Of a stretch of DNA of 64,000 bases, positions 36,695 to 46,868 are shown one piece after another. The notes below the pieces were generated by a model. The model saw nothing but the letters and a program-made list of their open reading frames with translations. It was not told the origin of the DNA and did no database searches. The stretch comes from a virus: the IMG/VR virus record IMGVR_UViG_3300035703_000009, positions 1 through 64,000 of that record; one strand, written 5' to 3'. Every line of letters starts with the position of its first letter. Within the stretch, counting starts at the first letter, position 1. Both the position numbers and the translations under genes were made by a program.

Positions 36695-36986
36695 TCAACC
36701 AGTCTCTAGAGTTCATATTTTTATCGTCAATGAAGACATCATATGCTGGCTTACCAAACTTTAGTTCGTGATACTGGACACCCCAAGTCCTAAGTTGTTG
36801 CTCAGTTAATTGTCTCCAATCGATTCCACTTTTAGTGCCCCTGGCAGTCCAGAAAACGATCTGGTGACCTTCCTCGTATAAAGCATTGACTTTTGCGATT
36901 GCCTGAGGAATCGGAGTCGCAGTTTCATACTTTAGGGACTCAGCTAGAGTGCAGATGGTGTCGTCAATGTCGATGTAGTAGGTCAT
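36687..36986 (-). CDS. small HAD-superfamily phosphatase
   Basis: YIDIDDTICTL (DxDxT), FWTARGT and KPAYDVFIDDK motifs. 99 aa. Confidence 0.5.
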   Translation of the reverse strand: MTYYIDIDDTICTLAESLKYETATPIPQAIAKVNALYEEGHQIVFWTARGTKSGIDWRQLTEQQLRTWGVQYHELKFGKPAYDVFIDDKNMNSRDWLNG

Positions 36987-37266
36987 CTATCTTAATGTTG
37001 TTTTCTTCTTTGAACTTTTCCCAAGCAGCCGCATCCATCATGTCTGGAAAGCGTGAGCCTCCATTGCAAGACTCCTTTACATAGATCTTGCCGGGAAAGG
37101 AACATCCGCAATTGATGCAAAATTCATATACGGCACAGTCATTCTTACAGACCTGTGAACGATAAAAGACTTGCTCTTTTTCGTGCTTAGGCAAGAGGTG
37201 GAACTGGTCGCCCAGCATCTTTAGGTTGCCCTCAATGAACTGGTAGATTTTCTTAGGGGTTATCAT
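36964..37266 (-). CDS. Cys-rich hypothetical protein (100 aa)
   Basis: CKNDCAVYEFCINCGCSFPGK cluster. Overlaps its neighbours by a few nt. Confidence 0.35.
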   Translation of the reverse strand: MITPKKIYQFIEGNLKMLGDQFHLLPKHEKEQVFYRSQVCKNDCAVYEFCINCGCSFPGKIYVKESCNGGSRFPDMMDAAAWEKFKEENNIKIDDLLHRH

Positions 37267-38153
37267 TTTCCTCTTAATGTTTTTCTTTTGTCAAGTTCAG
37301 ACTTAAGAACTTCTCTGGGGCCGTAACCTCCTCTAGCGCTTTCGATATCACGAATGCTCTTTATCAGCTTAATGAGTCCTTGGGGCTCGACTGAAGCTAT
37401 TTGATCACTGCCCCAAAGAGAACGATCGACTGTGATGTGACGTTCGATCCAGGTGGCTCCAAGCAAAGTTGCAGCAATGGTCGTAGTAAGTCCAAACTCA
37501 TGACCGGAATACCCCACCGCAAATGACTTTGGAAAGTCTTTACCCTTACTGATGTGGCTCAAGTAGGTGATATAGTCGAGATTAAGTTCATGATTTGGAG
37601 CAGGATAAGTAGAGTTAGTATGAAAAACTACATCAGGTCTACATTCAACTACTGCTAAGTCTATTTCCTCTTGTGTGCTCATACCGGTGGAGATAAGGAG
37701 AAAGTCTGAACAGTCTCGTGCGTATTGAATTAGCTCGAGGTCATGGATTAGGGCCGATGGTATTTTCATCATCACTCCCCACTTGCCATTAGGTAAGAGG
37801 GTCTCAAATTTTCGCGCAAAGTCAACTGACTTTTTGTCCCACACTGAGGTAAACCAACGCATTTTTCGAGCTTCGCAATAGTCATCTATTTCCTTGTACT
37901 GTTCATGGGAAAGCTCAATGTCGAGTTTATATTGAAAGTAAGTGGTCGCCTCTTTGCGCCAGGGCACCCTTTTTGTTTTTGACCTTTCCGCTTGAGGAAC
38001 ACACGATTCAGGATCACGTTTTTGAAACTTTACATAATCAACTCCGGAAACTGCCGCAATATCAATAAGTTTTTTTACATTATTGATGAATTCCTTCGTA
38101 GAGGAACCATATGCATAATTTATGCCTATTTCTGCAATTATCGTGGTTTTCAT
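37263..38153 (-). CDS. neuB: NeuB-family nonulosonic acid (sialic/legionaminic/pseudaminic acid) synthase
   Basis: IIAEIGINYAYGS, VKFQ, ISTGMST, VGYSGHEFG and IERHITVD match NeuB motifs IIAEIGCNHNG / ISTGMAT / VGYSDHSLG / IEKHFTLD. The start is set at the internal Met, which gives an ATGA overlap with the upstream gene. The ORF-track 5' extension reaches 38225. Confidence 0.75.
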   Translation of the reverse strand: MKTTIIAEIGINYAYGSSTKEFINNVKKLIDIAAVSGVDYVKFQKRDPESCVPQAERSKTKRVPWRKEATTYFQYKLDIELSHEQYKEIDDYCEARKMRWFTSVWDKKSVDFARKFETLLPNGKWGVMMKIPSALIHDLELIQYARDCSDFLLISTGMSTQEEIDLAVVECRPDVVFHTNSTYPAPNHELNLDYITYLSHISKGKDFPKSFAVGYSGHEFGLTTTIAATLLGATWIERHITVDRSLWGSDQIASVEPQGLIKLIKSIRDIESARGGYGPREVLKSELDKRKTLRGK

Positions 38154-39184
38154 GAGTTTACTAGAGAGTTTATCCAAGAAAAAGTTTTTTTCATTCCATC
38201 TACTAAAGGCTGGGAGACTTTCCAACCCATTTTTTCTTCATAAAGTTGGTTGTCTGAATTTCTACCTTTGACTCCAATTGGACACTTGAATCCGTACTTT
38301 TTCTTGAATTCTTCGCCTTCTATATTTTCAATAGAGATATTTTTATTTGAGATTAAGATCGCCATTTCAGCAAGTTGATTAATTGTAACCATCTCTTCAG
38401 AACCGATGTTGACAGGTCCTAAGAATCCATCTTGTCTCATGAATCTAAGAACTGCTTCAACACAATCATCAATGTACAAAAAAGAGCGAGTCTGCATACC
38501 GTCTCCCCAAACTTCTATGATACCTCCGCTCTGGGTTTCTGCTACTTTGCGGCACATTGCAGCGGGAGCCTTTTCCTTACCTCCTTTCCAAGTTCCATAG
38601 GGGCCAAATATGTTATGGAACCTGGCAATTCGCACGTCTAGCCCGTAGTTTCTATGAAAAGCTAAATAAAGTCGCTCACTAAAAAGTTTTTCCCAACCGT
38701 ATTCTGAGTCAGGATTTGCTGGATATGCTGATGACTCTTCACAATTTGGGTTATTTGGATCGAGCTGATTGTGCTCTGGGTACATGCACGCAGAAGAGCT
38801 ATAGAAAATCTTCTTTACTGATTTTTTGACGGCTTCATGTGCAACATTTAAGTTTATTAGAGATGAGTTATGCATTACATTAGCATCGTTATTACCTGTA
38901 AAAATATAACCAGCTCCTCCCATGTCAGCAGCAAGTTGATAAACTTCATCGAAAGATTTTTCTCTGTCCCCTTCAAAAGTTTGATTAGGAGATAACATGA
39001 CACAACTTACAAACTTAGGGTCTCTAAGATCACCTAAAATAAACTCATCACAAAAATCATCTTTATCAAAGTACTCATGAACTTTAATGTCAACTGCTCT
39101 GACCCAAAAGCCTTCTTCCTTTAATTTTTTAGCCAGGTGGCCTCCTATGAAGCCTCCTCCACCAAGTACTAGTGCCTTTTTCAT
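38150..39184 (-). CDS. NAD-dependent epimerase/dehydratase (GDP-L-fucose synthase-like extended SDR)
   Basis: LVLGGGGFIGGHL Rossmann motif. YSSSACMYP and VWGDGMQTRSFLYIDD resemble Fcl LGSSCIYP / VWGSGTPMREFLHVDD. Confidence 0.55.
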   Translation of the reverse strand: MKKALVLGGGGFIGGHLAKKLKEEGFWVRAVDIKVHEYFDKDDFCDEFILGDLRDPKFVSCVMLSPNQTFEGDREKSFDEVYQLAADMGGAGYIFTGNNDANVMHNSSLINLNVAHEAVKKSVKKIFYSSSACMYPEHNQLDPNNPNCEESSAYPANPDSEYGWEKLFSERLYLAFHRNYGLDVRIARFHNIFGPYGTWKGGKEKAPAAMCRKVAETQSGGIIEVWGDGMQTRSFLYIDDCVEAVLRFMRQDGFLGPVNIGSEEMVTINQLAEMAILISNKNISIENIEGEEFKKKYGFKCPIGVKGRNSDNQLYEEKMGWKVSQPLVDGMKKTFSWINSLVNS

Positions 39185-39921
39185 AATTTTCTTTTATTTT
39201 TTTCAAAAATTTTGTCTCCTGGAAAGGAGGCTGTATTTATGAATCCTTTTTGAGTTAAGAAAGCCATCATTTCATCTAGTGAATTTCCTGCCTGAACCGT
39301 ATGCTTTTGGTCCCACTCAATTATAAGAGTAAGGTTATTTGCTTTTTCTAAAAAATCGCTCATACCTTTTAATACATTCATCTCAAACCCTTGAACATCA
39401 ATTTTTATTAACCCAATATCGTAACTTGGATTTTCAAGTAAAAACGTGTCTAATTTTTTACAGACAACTTGCTCAGTAATGTAATTTTTAGAATTCATAT
39501 TAGAGATCGCAACCTCTTTGTTAAAGGAAGCATTGTCTGAGCAATAAGGAATGAATATTTCTTGAGTAGTATCAGAATCAAATAGAGCAAAGTTTAGAAT
39601 TTGCATGTTTTTACAAGAGTTTGCACTTTTACTCTGCTCTAACAATGAAACATTCATACTAAGCGGCTCAACTGATAGTACGGAATAACCATATTTTTCA
39701 GCAGGTATTGAAAACATTCCGCAATTTGCACCAACATCTAACACAGACCTAGATTTATCCATTTTTCTTACAAGATTAAGCATCATAGTGTAATCCTTCA
39801 TCTCATTGAGGTTTGTTCTAGCTTTTATTTTATAGTCAGTGACAAAATAGTCAAAATTAAAGATTACGTATTCAAAATTAGCGTTTTTAAAAATAAATCT
39901 TTCAGGTTTAGTAGAAATCAT
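39181..39921 (-). CDS. FkbM-family methyltransferase
   Basis: VLDVGANCGMFSIPAEK...VLSVEP matches the FkbM DVGANxG...EP signature. Confidence 0.5.
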   Translation of the reverse strand: MISTKPERFIFKNANFEYVIFNFDYFVTDYKIKARTNLNEMKDYTMMLNLVRKMDKSRSVLDVGANCGMFSIPAEKYGYSVLSVEPLSMNVSLLEQSKSANSCKNMQILNFALFDSDTTQEIFIPYCSDNASFNKEVAISNMNSKNYITEQVVCKKLDTFLLENPSYDIGLIKIDVQGFEMNVLKGMSDFLEKANNLTLIIEWDQKHTVQAGNSLDEMMAFLTQKGFINTASFPGDKIFEKNKRKL

Positions 39922-39932
39922 GAGCGTTTAGA

Positions 39933-40715
39933 TTATTTGAAGTAAGAATCATAATTAAAATCAGATAACTTATTTGAATAGTAATGAGGTCCTATTATTT
40001 TTAAGAATGCGTTTTGGTCCTTGATTCCACCGTCAGTGTCGCTAGCATTAGTCAACTGATTAGCCATACCGGGAGTAAATGAATAGCAGTTTAACGAAGG
40101 CTCAATTAGTATGAATGAGTGATCTATTGCTCGAGATCGGTGCACACACGCGTCCAGTAACTCTACTATTTTAGGTATTGAACTTGGATTAATTAAATAT
40201 GAGTGGCCGCAAAAAGAACCATATACTCGGTGTATGTACTTGATTCCAGTTAACTCATAATCCCCTCCTTTATTCCAACGACTGGGATCATTGTTTAGAT
40301 GATAAAAAGAAGAAAGGAAAAATATGTCCCAATCTAGGTTAAATTTTTCTTCAATGTACTTAAATCTTTCGTTAAAATCTTCGCAGAGAATGACATCATC
40401 TTCAAATATTCCAAGTATCTTATCACTGCTAGTATCGTATTCTTTAATTAGAGTGTAGTGGGAGCGATAGCATTTTTTCTGTCCTTCAGAAAAGGCTGAA
40501 CTAAATGGTATGCTGCAGCCAGATAAGTCTTCGTACGCTCTAAATTTTTTAGCATCGATGTTATGCTTTTTTAATTCAGAATTAACGTGGGCAAGTCTGT
40601 CTACTCTTCTGTCTAAATTTATGAAATAGAAGTCAATGTTCTTTCTTTCTATTTTTAAGAAGGTTTTTGTGTGAGCCATATACTTATGTATTATTTTTGT
40701 CTTATTTTTATCCAT
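39933..40715 (-). CDS. GT25-family glycosyltransferase
   Basis: FYFINLDRRVDRLAHV N-terminal motif and FEDDVIL, typical of GT25. Confidence 0.5.
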   Translation of the reverse strand: MDKNKTKIIHKYMAHTKTFLKIERKNIDFYFINLDRRVDRLAHVNSELKKHNIDAKKFRAYEDLSGCSIPFSSAFSEGQKKCYRSHYTLIKEYDTSSDKILGIFEDDVILCEDFNERFKYIEEKFNLDWDIFFLSSFYHLNNDPSRWNKGGDYELTGIKYIHRVYGSFCGHSYLINPSSIPKIVELLDACVHRSRAIDHSFILIEPSLNCYSFTPGMANQLTNASDTDGGIKDQNAFLKIIGPHYYSNKLSDFNYDSYFK

Positions 40716-41530
40716 CTTTCTGGAGTCAAAGCATTAGTATCAAAGCTTTGATAGTCTGGTCCAAACCACTCATCTGGATAAGGACAGTAAACAAGCTTAT
40801 CCGTAGATTTTGATAAATATGCAGCCCACCATGAAAAAGTACTGTTTGCAATAATGAAGTGGTCACACAAAGACTGAGCTATGAAGTCACTAATATAATC
40901 ATCGCTATAGTCAAAATAAGTAATAGGTTTTTGATATTTTTCAAATTTTCCAAATATGAATTCTTTAGTATCTTCATTATCAGTAAAGATGCATATTTCA
41001 TCGATGCTTTTTTTAGATAAAATGTCTTCTATACTTCTTTGATAGTATTCTAAAGTAAGAACTGGGTGTCTATGCTCGACACCTTTATGCCCTCCTCCAA
41101 ATTTACGATCATACTGATCACCCCAGCGTATGTGAATCGAAAGTTTCTTTGAGTTCTGATTCATTTTACTATTAACCTTTTCTATAATAGTTGGGTCAAA
41201 GACCAAATACTCAAGTACTTTTTTTTCATAATCATCAAAAAACAAAGAGGACTGAAAATATCCTACTATTTCTACTAATTTATCACTAGTTGGAATATTG
41301 TGGATTCCAAATTTAGATTCCTTATGAGTCAGTGAAATATTTGACTTTATTTTGACAGAGGAACGTGTAGGTAGATTTGGAAAAAGCTTTGCGTGCTCCC
41401 ACTCAGATGGAACAAAAAAGCTACTGTTGTTCTTAATTGCTTGACCAATAATAGTCGCAACTCTAAACAATTGATTGCCAAGGCGTCCATGACGATGGTC
41501 TAATATTTGCAAAGTAGTGAAACCTTTCAT
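40691..41530 (-). CDS. GT11-like alpha-1,2-fucosyltransferase
   Basis: HGRLGNQLF (GGLGNQMFQ-like) and LSIHIRWGDQY (HxRRGDY-like) motifs. Confidence 0.5.
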   Translation of the reverse strand: MKGFTTLQILDHRHGRLGNQLFRVATIIGQAIKNNSSFFVPSEWEHAKLFPNLPTRSSVKIKSNISLTHKESKFGIHNIPTSDKLVEIVGYFQSSLFFDDYEKKVLEYLVFDPTIIEKVNSKMNQNSKKLSIHIRWGDQYDRKFGGGHKGVEHRHPVLTLEYYQRSIEDILSKKSIDEICIFTDNEDTKEFIFGKFEKYQKPITYFDYSDDYISDFIAQSLCDHFIIANSTFSWWAAYLSKSTDKLVYCPYPDEWFGPDYQSFDTNALTPERWIKIRQK

Positions 41531-41546
41531 ATTTAAAAATTGTTTT

Positions 41547-42464
41547 TTATGAGTTTTGTACTACACTAGACTCAATGAGTTTAGACGGAAGCATTATTTT
41601 CGGTTCACTGAAACTTGCACTTTTAAAAAATTTATCATTATAATTGATAGTGTTTCGAGTAAGTGTGTGATGAAAGATTCCATCGTAATAGCTTTGGCTA
41701 TGATATACACTAGCTACATAGCTAAGAGAACTCTTTGACATTATGAATGCATCTGATTTGATTATTCTATCTAGCGTTTTTACAGGGTGCTCATCTAAAT
41801 GAAAAAATACTTTTCCATGCGCATTAAGTTCATTAAAATATTGAAAATCTAAAATGTCACCTTGAGAGTAAATATGAAATTGAATATTTTTATTAGTGGG
41901 CATGATTTCTTTAACGAAGTCAATGGAGCCGTTAGGAATATTGGGGTAATAATATCTACGCCATTCGGAGAAATCAGTGTCCTCGTCAGTAGCTCGTCTA
42001 ACATGAATAGAAATAATGAAATCTGAATTTTCTTCTCTTGGGTATTTTTTAATTAACTCTTCTTGAATATTGTTTAATAGAAAAATGTTATGGTCAGTTA
42101 GTGTCTTTAGATCTGCCCAGTGAAGATTAACTATTGATTTTTCTAAAGAGGAAGGATTATATATTAAAGTGTCTAACAATTCATATACACTCAGCTCTAC
42201 TACAGGAAGCGAATCAGACTCAGTAATCGAGTCTCTTAATAAAAAATCTCGAGTATATTCAAAAAAATGAAGATCCCATTCTTCTTGAGAAAAATTAAAT
42301 TTTTGAATGTGTCCAACGTTTTTCATTGGAGTTAATAAAAAATCAACTCCATAGTGTTTAGCCAATGCATAGCCGCCTAATTGAAGTTGAAAGGCAGAAC
42401 CAAAACCTTCGTTGTGTCCAGGAAGGTATAAATTTGAACAATCTATCTCACATTTTATTATCAT
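41547..42464 (-). CDS. putative glycosyltransferase (GT11-like?)
   Basis: GFGSAFQLQLGGYA and SIHVRRATDED weakly resemble GT11 motifs. Confidence 0.3.
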   Translation of the reverse strand: MIIKCEIDCSNLYLPGHNEGFGSAFQLQLGGYALAKHYGVDFLLTPMKNVGHIQKFNFSQEEWDLHFFEYTRDFLLRDSITESDSLPVVELSVYELLDTLIYNPSSLEKSIVNLHWADLKTLTDHNIFLLNNIQEELIKKYPREENSDFIISIHVRRATDEDTDFSEWRRYYYPNIPNGSIDFVKEIMPTNKNIQFHIYSQGDILDFQYFNELNAHGKVFFHLDEHPVKTLDRIIKSDAFIMSKSSLSYVASVYHSQSYYDGIFHHTLTRNTINYNDKFFKSASFSEPKIMLPSKLIESSVVQNS

Positions 42465-43171
42465 TACATTCCTCCAGTAAAATTTGAAAAATCTTTATTT
42501 AAAATTATATTATTCTGAAAACGAAGATTTCCATCAAAAGTTTGATAAAAAGTAAAATTTTGAGTTTTCATAAAATCTAATATTTCTTCTCTAGAAGAAG
42601 CATTTTCATACTGATATCGACAATCGTCTTCCATGTCCAAAAATTGAACTCTACGCAAATGTGGACCTAAACTCTTTGTAATATCTAAATCTTTTCCTTG
42701 AGCATCTATTTTTATTAATTCGATGTGTTCATATACTAGTGAGTCCAATAACATCTTAAGAGAAAAGGTTTCCACGTCAATTTCGCAATCTATTTCACAC
42801 TCTGGAATATTTTGCAATTTTGGAGTCAATAGACTAGAACAGCCAACATTTCCACTAAGAAGGTAAAATTTACTTTCACGTAAGGTGTCAACATTATCAC
42901 AAGCACCAATTATATGATAATAGTTTTCTTTTTGTTCATTTTCTTTAAATACATCTAATATGTTCCAGGTTTTTCCATCCCACTCATTTATTCCATCCAA
43001 ACAATAAGGATTAGGTTCGATTCCAATTACAAAAATATTTTTGACATTAGAGAACCACTGACGTGTGACTGGAGCGCTTATTGACGTGCCTATGTCAAAT
43101 CGCAATTTTTTATTTTTTAACTTTGAATTTAGTAATTTAAAATCACAATTTGAAAATTTACTAAAATTCAT
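42464..43171 (-). CDS. FkbM-like methyltransferase (divergent)
   Basis: RFDIGTSISAPV...VIGIEPNP pattern. Confidence 0.35.
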   Translation of the reverse strand: MNFSKFSNCDFKLLNSKLKNKKLRFDIGTSISAPVTRQWFSNVKNIFVIGIEPNPYCLDGINEWDGKTWNILDVFKENEQKENYYHIIGACDNVDTLRESKFYLLSGNVGCSSLLTPKLQNIPECEIDCEIDVETFSLKMLLDSLVYEHIELIKIDAQGKDLDITKSLGPHLRRVQFLDMEDDCRYQYENASSREEILDFMKTQNFTFYQTFDGNLRFQNNIILNKDFSNFTGGM

Positions 43172-43809
43172 TTTGTAAAAATATAATTTTCTCCATCAAA
43201 AACTTCTTTTTCAAAATATCCTATTGACTCCAAGTAATTTTTAGCATCTTGAATAGTATGACCTCGCTTTTCAAGAGCGTGATTGAGCTCTATGATAATT
43301 AAAGGAGACTGCTCTCTTAAAAACTTTTCACCGCCTAAGAGCACTTCATAATCATAGGAGTCAACATCAATTTTTATTAAGTCTATTTTTTTTCCAATTT
43401 GTTCAACAAAAGAATTTAGAGTTATGAAATCATGTTCGCGATCATCAGTTATACCTTGAGACCAAACTTTAAAAATTTTATCTAGTTTAAGGCCATCTTC
43501 TTTTCCAAGAGGTCTATTAATTAGAATTACGTTCTCTTTACAGTCATTGTATGCCAAGTTTTTCTCTAACATATCGACAATATCAGTAGGTTCAAATGCA
43601 TAAACTGTTCCTTTTGATGCAAGTTTAGAAAAAGGAATTGTGTACATTCCTATGTTTGCACCTGCGTCTATGATATTAAATTCAGGCTTTACGTAAGAAT
43701 GTATAAACTTTTTAGTGGAAATCTCAGCAGAAGAAAACCAGCCGGCGTCACATTCGTTATATGATGGAAAAGAATATGAAATTTCTGAAGTATATTGAAT
43801 TGAGATCAT
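43168..43809 (-). CDS. FkbM-family methyltransferase
   Basis: NIIDAGANIGMYTIP...VYAFEPT signature. Confidence 0.5.
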   Translation of the reverse strand: MISIQYTSEISYSFPSYNECDAGWFSSAEISTKKFIHSYVKPEFNIIDAGANIGMYTIPFSKLASKGTVYAFEPTDIVDMLEKNLAYNDCKENVILINRPLGKEDGLKLDKIFKVWSQGITDDREHDFITLNSFVEQIGKKIDLIKIDVDSYDYEVLLGGEKFLREQSPLIIIELNHALEKRGHTIQDAKNYLESIGYFEKEVFDGENYIFTK

Positions 43810-44366
43810 AGTTGTGGGGTTATGTAAGCTACACCGCTATTTGTGAGGCTAGACGTGCTAAAGGTTACAGTATAATTAAGTTTTCCATAAATTTCATCTA
43901 GCGAGTTGTTCACGTAGCTCAAATTAAGAGGTTGGCCTCGATAGATATCGTATCCGAACTTAGGATTTTCATTTTCATCAGGAACAAAAAAATCATGAAT
44001 AGCAATAACTGGGATTATTTGCTTTTTTTTAATCTCAAAAAGTTCATCTAAAAGAGGCCAGTACTCTTCCCAATGCGCATCTAAAAAGAAAAAAGTATTT
44101 GAAGTTAAGGATTTGCTGCGTATAATTTCTGGGCTATTTCCTAAAATTAGCTCACAATTTGTAATCTCTTTTAAAGTCTGTTCAGCTATCTTGTAGTTTT
44201 GCAAATCATTTTCTACTGTAAAAACCTTGGAAAAATACGGCGCAACTATCCTGGCAGATTCTCCAAGATAAGATCCAGTTTCAAAAAAAACATCTATTTT
44301 GTATTTTTTGGATAAGTTAATAGTCCACTCTAATAGTTGAGGATCTGAATACGCAGGTCTAGTCAT
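43806..44366 (-). CDS. TylF/MycF-like class I SAM-dependent O-methyltransferase
   Basis: FFETGSYLGESARIVA resembles ETGVFRGGS. A D..H motif (FLDAHW) lies downstream. Confidence 0.4.
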   Translation of the reverse strand: MTRPAYSDPQLLEWTINLSKKYKIDVFFETGSYLGESARIVAPYFSKVFTVENDLQNYKIAEQTLKEITNCELILGNSPEIIRSKSLTSNTFFFLDAHWEEYWPLLDELFEIKKKQIIPVIAIHDFFVPDENENPKFGYDIYRGQPLNLSYVNNSLDEIYGKLNYTVTFSTSSLTNSGVAYITPQL

Positions 44367-44376
44367 CGTAGTTCAT

Positions 44377-45138
44377 TTATTTTTTAAACACTGGGATGTT
44401 TTGCATCTTGTGTGAATTTTGAGTGTTAAAACTTCGGTAAATCCCTATTACTTCTTTTTCTCTAGCTGAAAGCTTGTCCAGATCAGCGGCAGTAAAATAA
44501 GGATTTTTTTCTAAAAACTGCATAGCCCATTCAAGTTCAGCATAGGAAGCACCTATTTGATCTTCATCGCTTCGTCCGTCTTCCCAGAGTCCATCAGTTG
44601 GTTTTGCTTTAATAATTGATCTAGATATTCCCAAATCTTCCCCTAGCTCCCATACCTCAGTTTTTAATAAATCAGCAATAGGGCTAATATCTACTCCTCC
44701 ATCTCCATATTTTGTAAAGAAACCGACTCCAAAGTCTTCTACTTTGTTGCCTGTTCCAACAACCAGCCCATGATTCTCAGTAGCGATTTGATAGAGAGTC
44801 ATCATTCTGAGTCTTGACCTAGAGTTAGCCAACGCAAGTTTGTTATCTTTTGTAAACAACGACTTAAAATTTTCAAAAACTTGGGTAAGATTCAACTCAA
44901 TTGATTCAACATTTGAGAAGTTGCTCTTTAACCAAGAAATGTGTTCATCTGCTCTAGTTAACTGATCTGGCGCTTGATGAATAGGCATGCTTACAACAAT
45001 GGTTTTTATTCCGGTCATTGCACAAAGAGTAGAAACAACGGCAGAGTCTATTCCTCCAGAAACTCCTATAATAAATGTTTTAAGATTAGCCGATTTTAAA
45101 TAATCATTCAACCACTTTGAAATTTGTTGTTGTAACAT
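44377..45138 (-). CDS. nadE: NH3-dependent NAD+ synthetase
   Basis: FIIGVSGGIDSAV PP-loop. GFFTKYGDGGVDISPI is nearly identical to E. coli NadE GFFTKYGDGGTDINPL. 253 aa. Confidence 0.8.
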   Translation of the reverse strand: MLQQQISKWLNDYLKSANLKTFIIGVSGGIDSAVVSTLCAMTGIKTIVVSMPIHQAPDQLTRADEHISWLKSNFSNVESIELNLTQVFENFKSLFTKDNKLALANSRSRLRMMTLYQIATENHGLVVGTGNKVEDFGVGFFTKYGDGGVDISPIADLLKTEVWELGEDLGISRSIIKAKPTDGLWEDGRSDEDQIGASYAELEWAMQFLEKNPYFTAADLDKLSAREKEVIGIYRSFNTQNSHKMQNIPVFKK

Positions 45139-46204
45139 TCTTGATTTGATTTTTTACTTCTTCTCGATTATCTAATACTAACACTTCATATCCAAGTTCT
45201 GCTAAAGCTACTGCGTATTTTAGCTGTTGAGACTCCTCAATTAAGGTACTTTCTGCCTTATATGTAACGTATGGTAACTCTACTTTAATTGATTTATCGG
45301 GATTAGCTTTAATAAAGTCCTCGATTTGATATTGTAAATGTTTTTCATTCATTTCATCGGTTGCTTTAGAGATTACTGCATCGATTCCTACTTCTTCGCC
45401 ACACTTAGCTAGTGCTCTATTATCCCTAGGAAAACAGGGACCTCCGAATCCAAAACCAGGTCTTAAATATTTGTTTCCAATTCTTGAGTCAGTTCCGATC
45501 GCCTTTAAAACGACATCTGCATTGCACTCTAGTCTTTTTGCAATATCGCCGACCATGTTTGCAAAACTGATCTTGGTTGTCAAAAAGCAGTTTACTGAAA
45601 GTTTAGTCAATTCAGCTTCGGTGCAGCTCATCCTATTAAAAATTGGGCTAGAATCACACAGTCTTTCGTAAACTTGCTGTATACGATTGCCTGCATCAAG
45701 GTCAGCTTGCCCAATCAATACGTTATCACAATTTAGTTGATCTTTAATGATTGTGCCTTGTGCTATAAATTCTGGATTATAGGAGACTTTATAATTGTAT
45801 TCAGATAGCTTATTTTGAAGAGTCTCGCAATATCCAGGAAAGGTGGTACAATTTATTATTAAGTCTTTTCTTGTTTCTTGTTTTCCAAAAGAGATTAGCT
45901 TTTCTGCAATCTGCTCTATTTGTGAATGGTCATATTTCCAATCGTTAGTTGAAGGAGTTCTGACCACAACAAAAATGAGATTACTCTCTAGCGCTCTTTC
46001 CAAATTAGTTGTAAATTCTACATTTTTAGATTCAATCAAAAATTCATTTACGTATGGTTCTGATGTTCGAAAAGACTTTGAAGAAAGAGCATCTATGTAA
46101 TCTTGAGAAACATCTACGCCTAGTACAAAATATCCTTTTCTCTCTAAATTTAAAGCTAAACATAAGCCAAGTTTACCTACTCCGATTATCGAAATTTTGT
46201 TCAT
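45104..46204 (-). CDS. nucleotide-sugar 6-dehydrogenase (UDP-glucose/UDP-ManNAc dehydrogenase family)
   Basis: ISIIGVGKLG N-terminal Rossmann motif. GFGFGGPCFPRD contains the catalytic Cys motif. Confidence 0.75.
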   Translation of the reverse strand: MNKISIIGVGKLGLCLALNLERKGYFVLGVDVSQDYIDALSSKSFRTSEPYVNEFLIESKNVEFTTNLERALESNLIFVVVRTPSTNDWKYDHSQIEQIAEKLISFGKQETRKDLIINCTTFPGYCETLQNKLSEYNYKVSYNPEFIAQGTIIKDQLNCDNVLIGQADLDAGNRIQQVYERLCDSSPIFNRMSCTEAELTKLSVNCFLTTKISFANMVGDIAKRLECNADVVLKAIGTDSRIGNKYLRPGFGFGGPCFPRDNRALAKCGEEVGIDAVISKATDEMNEKHLQYQIEDFIKANPDKSIKVELPYVTYKAESTLIEESQQLKYAVALAELGYEVLVLDNREEVKNQIKNVTTTNFKVVE

Positions 46205-46868
46205 TTTTTACCATTTTTTGATTATTTATCGTTTTTTTAGTTAAGTGCTTAGTATTTTTGATAAAACGATCTATTATGAAATCGTAATTTACTTCTTTTT
46301 TTTCTATGTCGCTATGTCCTGGAATCTGAATAGCAGCTAACGGATAGCTACCGAAACACTCAAACTTACTTTGAACATTTTTTGCGAGCCATACATCAAT
46401 TATTTCGATGTTATTATTTTCAAAAGCATGCAATATAAAGTCAAATATTGTAGAATTATACGCTATTGCGTGTGCAGCATAACAGTTAGTTATTTTTAAG
46501 AGGTTTGGGCTCACTTGACTAAGTGAGGAATGACTATTATATCCAAGGTAATAGAGAGCCCAATGAGTCCTCTGTAGCTGATCTATCGCAGGAGGAATAA
46601 AGTTAATATTCATTAGTTCAAAGTCATCTTCGAAGACCAAAACATTTTTTAAGCCTAATGCTTTTGCTCTTTTGATTGTTTCTATGTGAGAAAGTAGACA
46701 GCCTTGACGACCGTTGCCGTCTGGAGGAACTATGCCTGAGAGTCTCTCAACGCGATCAGCTATTCCTAGCTGGTTAAAAATAGTCAACGCTCTAGCTAAG
46801 CGATCTGGTCTAGAATCTAAATTAATTAAGTAAATCTTTTGAAAATAATTAAATGCTTCCTTTATCAT
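46173..46868 (-). CDS. GT25-family glycosyltransferase
   Basis: IYLINLDSRPDRL and VFEDDFEL motifs. Confidence 0.5.
   Translation of the reverse strand: MIKEAFNYFQKIYLINLDSRPDRLARALTIFNQLGIADRVERLSGIVPPDGNGRQGCLLSHIETIKRAKALGLKNVLVFEDDFELMNINFIPPAIDQLQRTHWALYYLGYNSHSSLSQVSPNLLKITNCYAAHAIAYNSTIFDFILHAFENNNIEIIDVWLAKNVQSKFECFGSYPLAAIQIPGHSDIEKKEVNYDFIIDRFIKNTKHLTKKTINNQKMVKNEQNFDNRSR

Noticed and set aside
37992-38243. Plus-strand 83-aa ORF overlapping the NeuB and epimerase genes
   Set aside because: Antisense to two strongly supported minus-strand genes. It spans their junction.
44377-45138. Interpretation of the NadE-like gene as a PseA/PtmG-type sugar amidotransferase
   Set aside because: Size (253 aa) and the near-identical GFFTKYGDGG motif point to genuine NAD+ synthetase. 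PseA-like amidotransferases are larger and more divergent.
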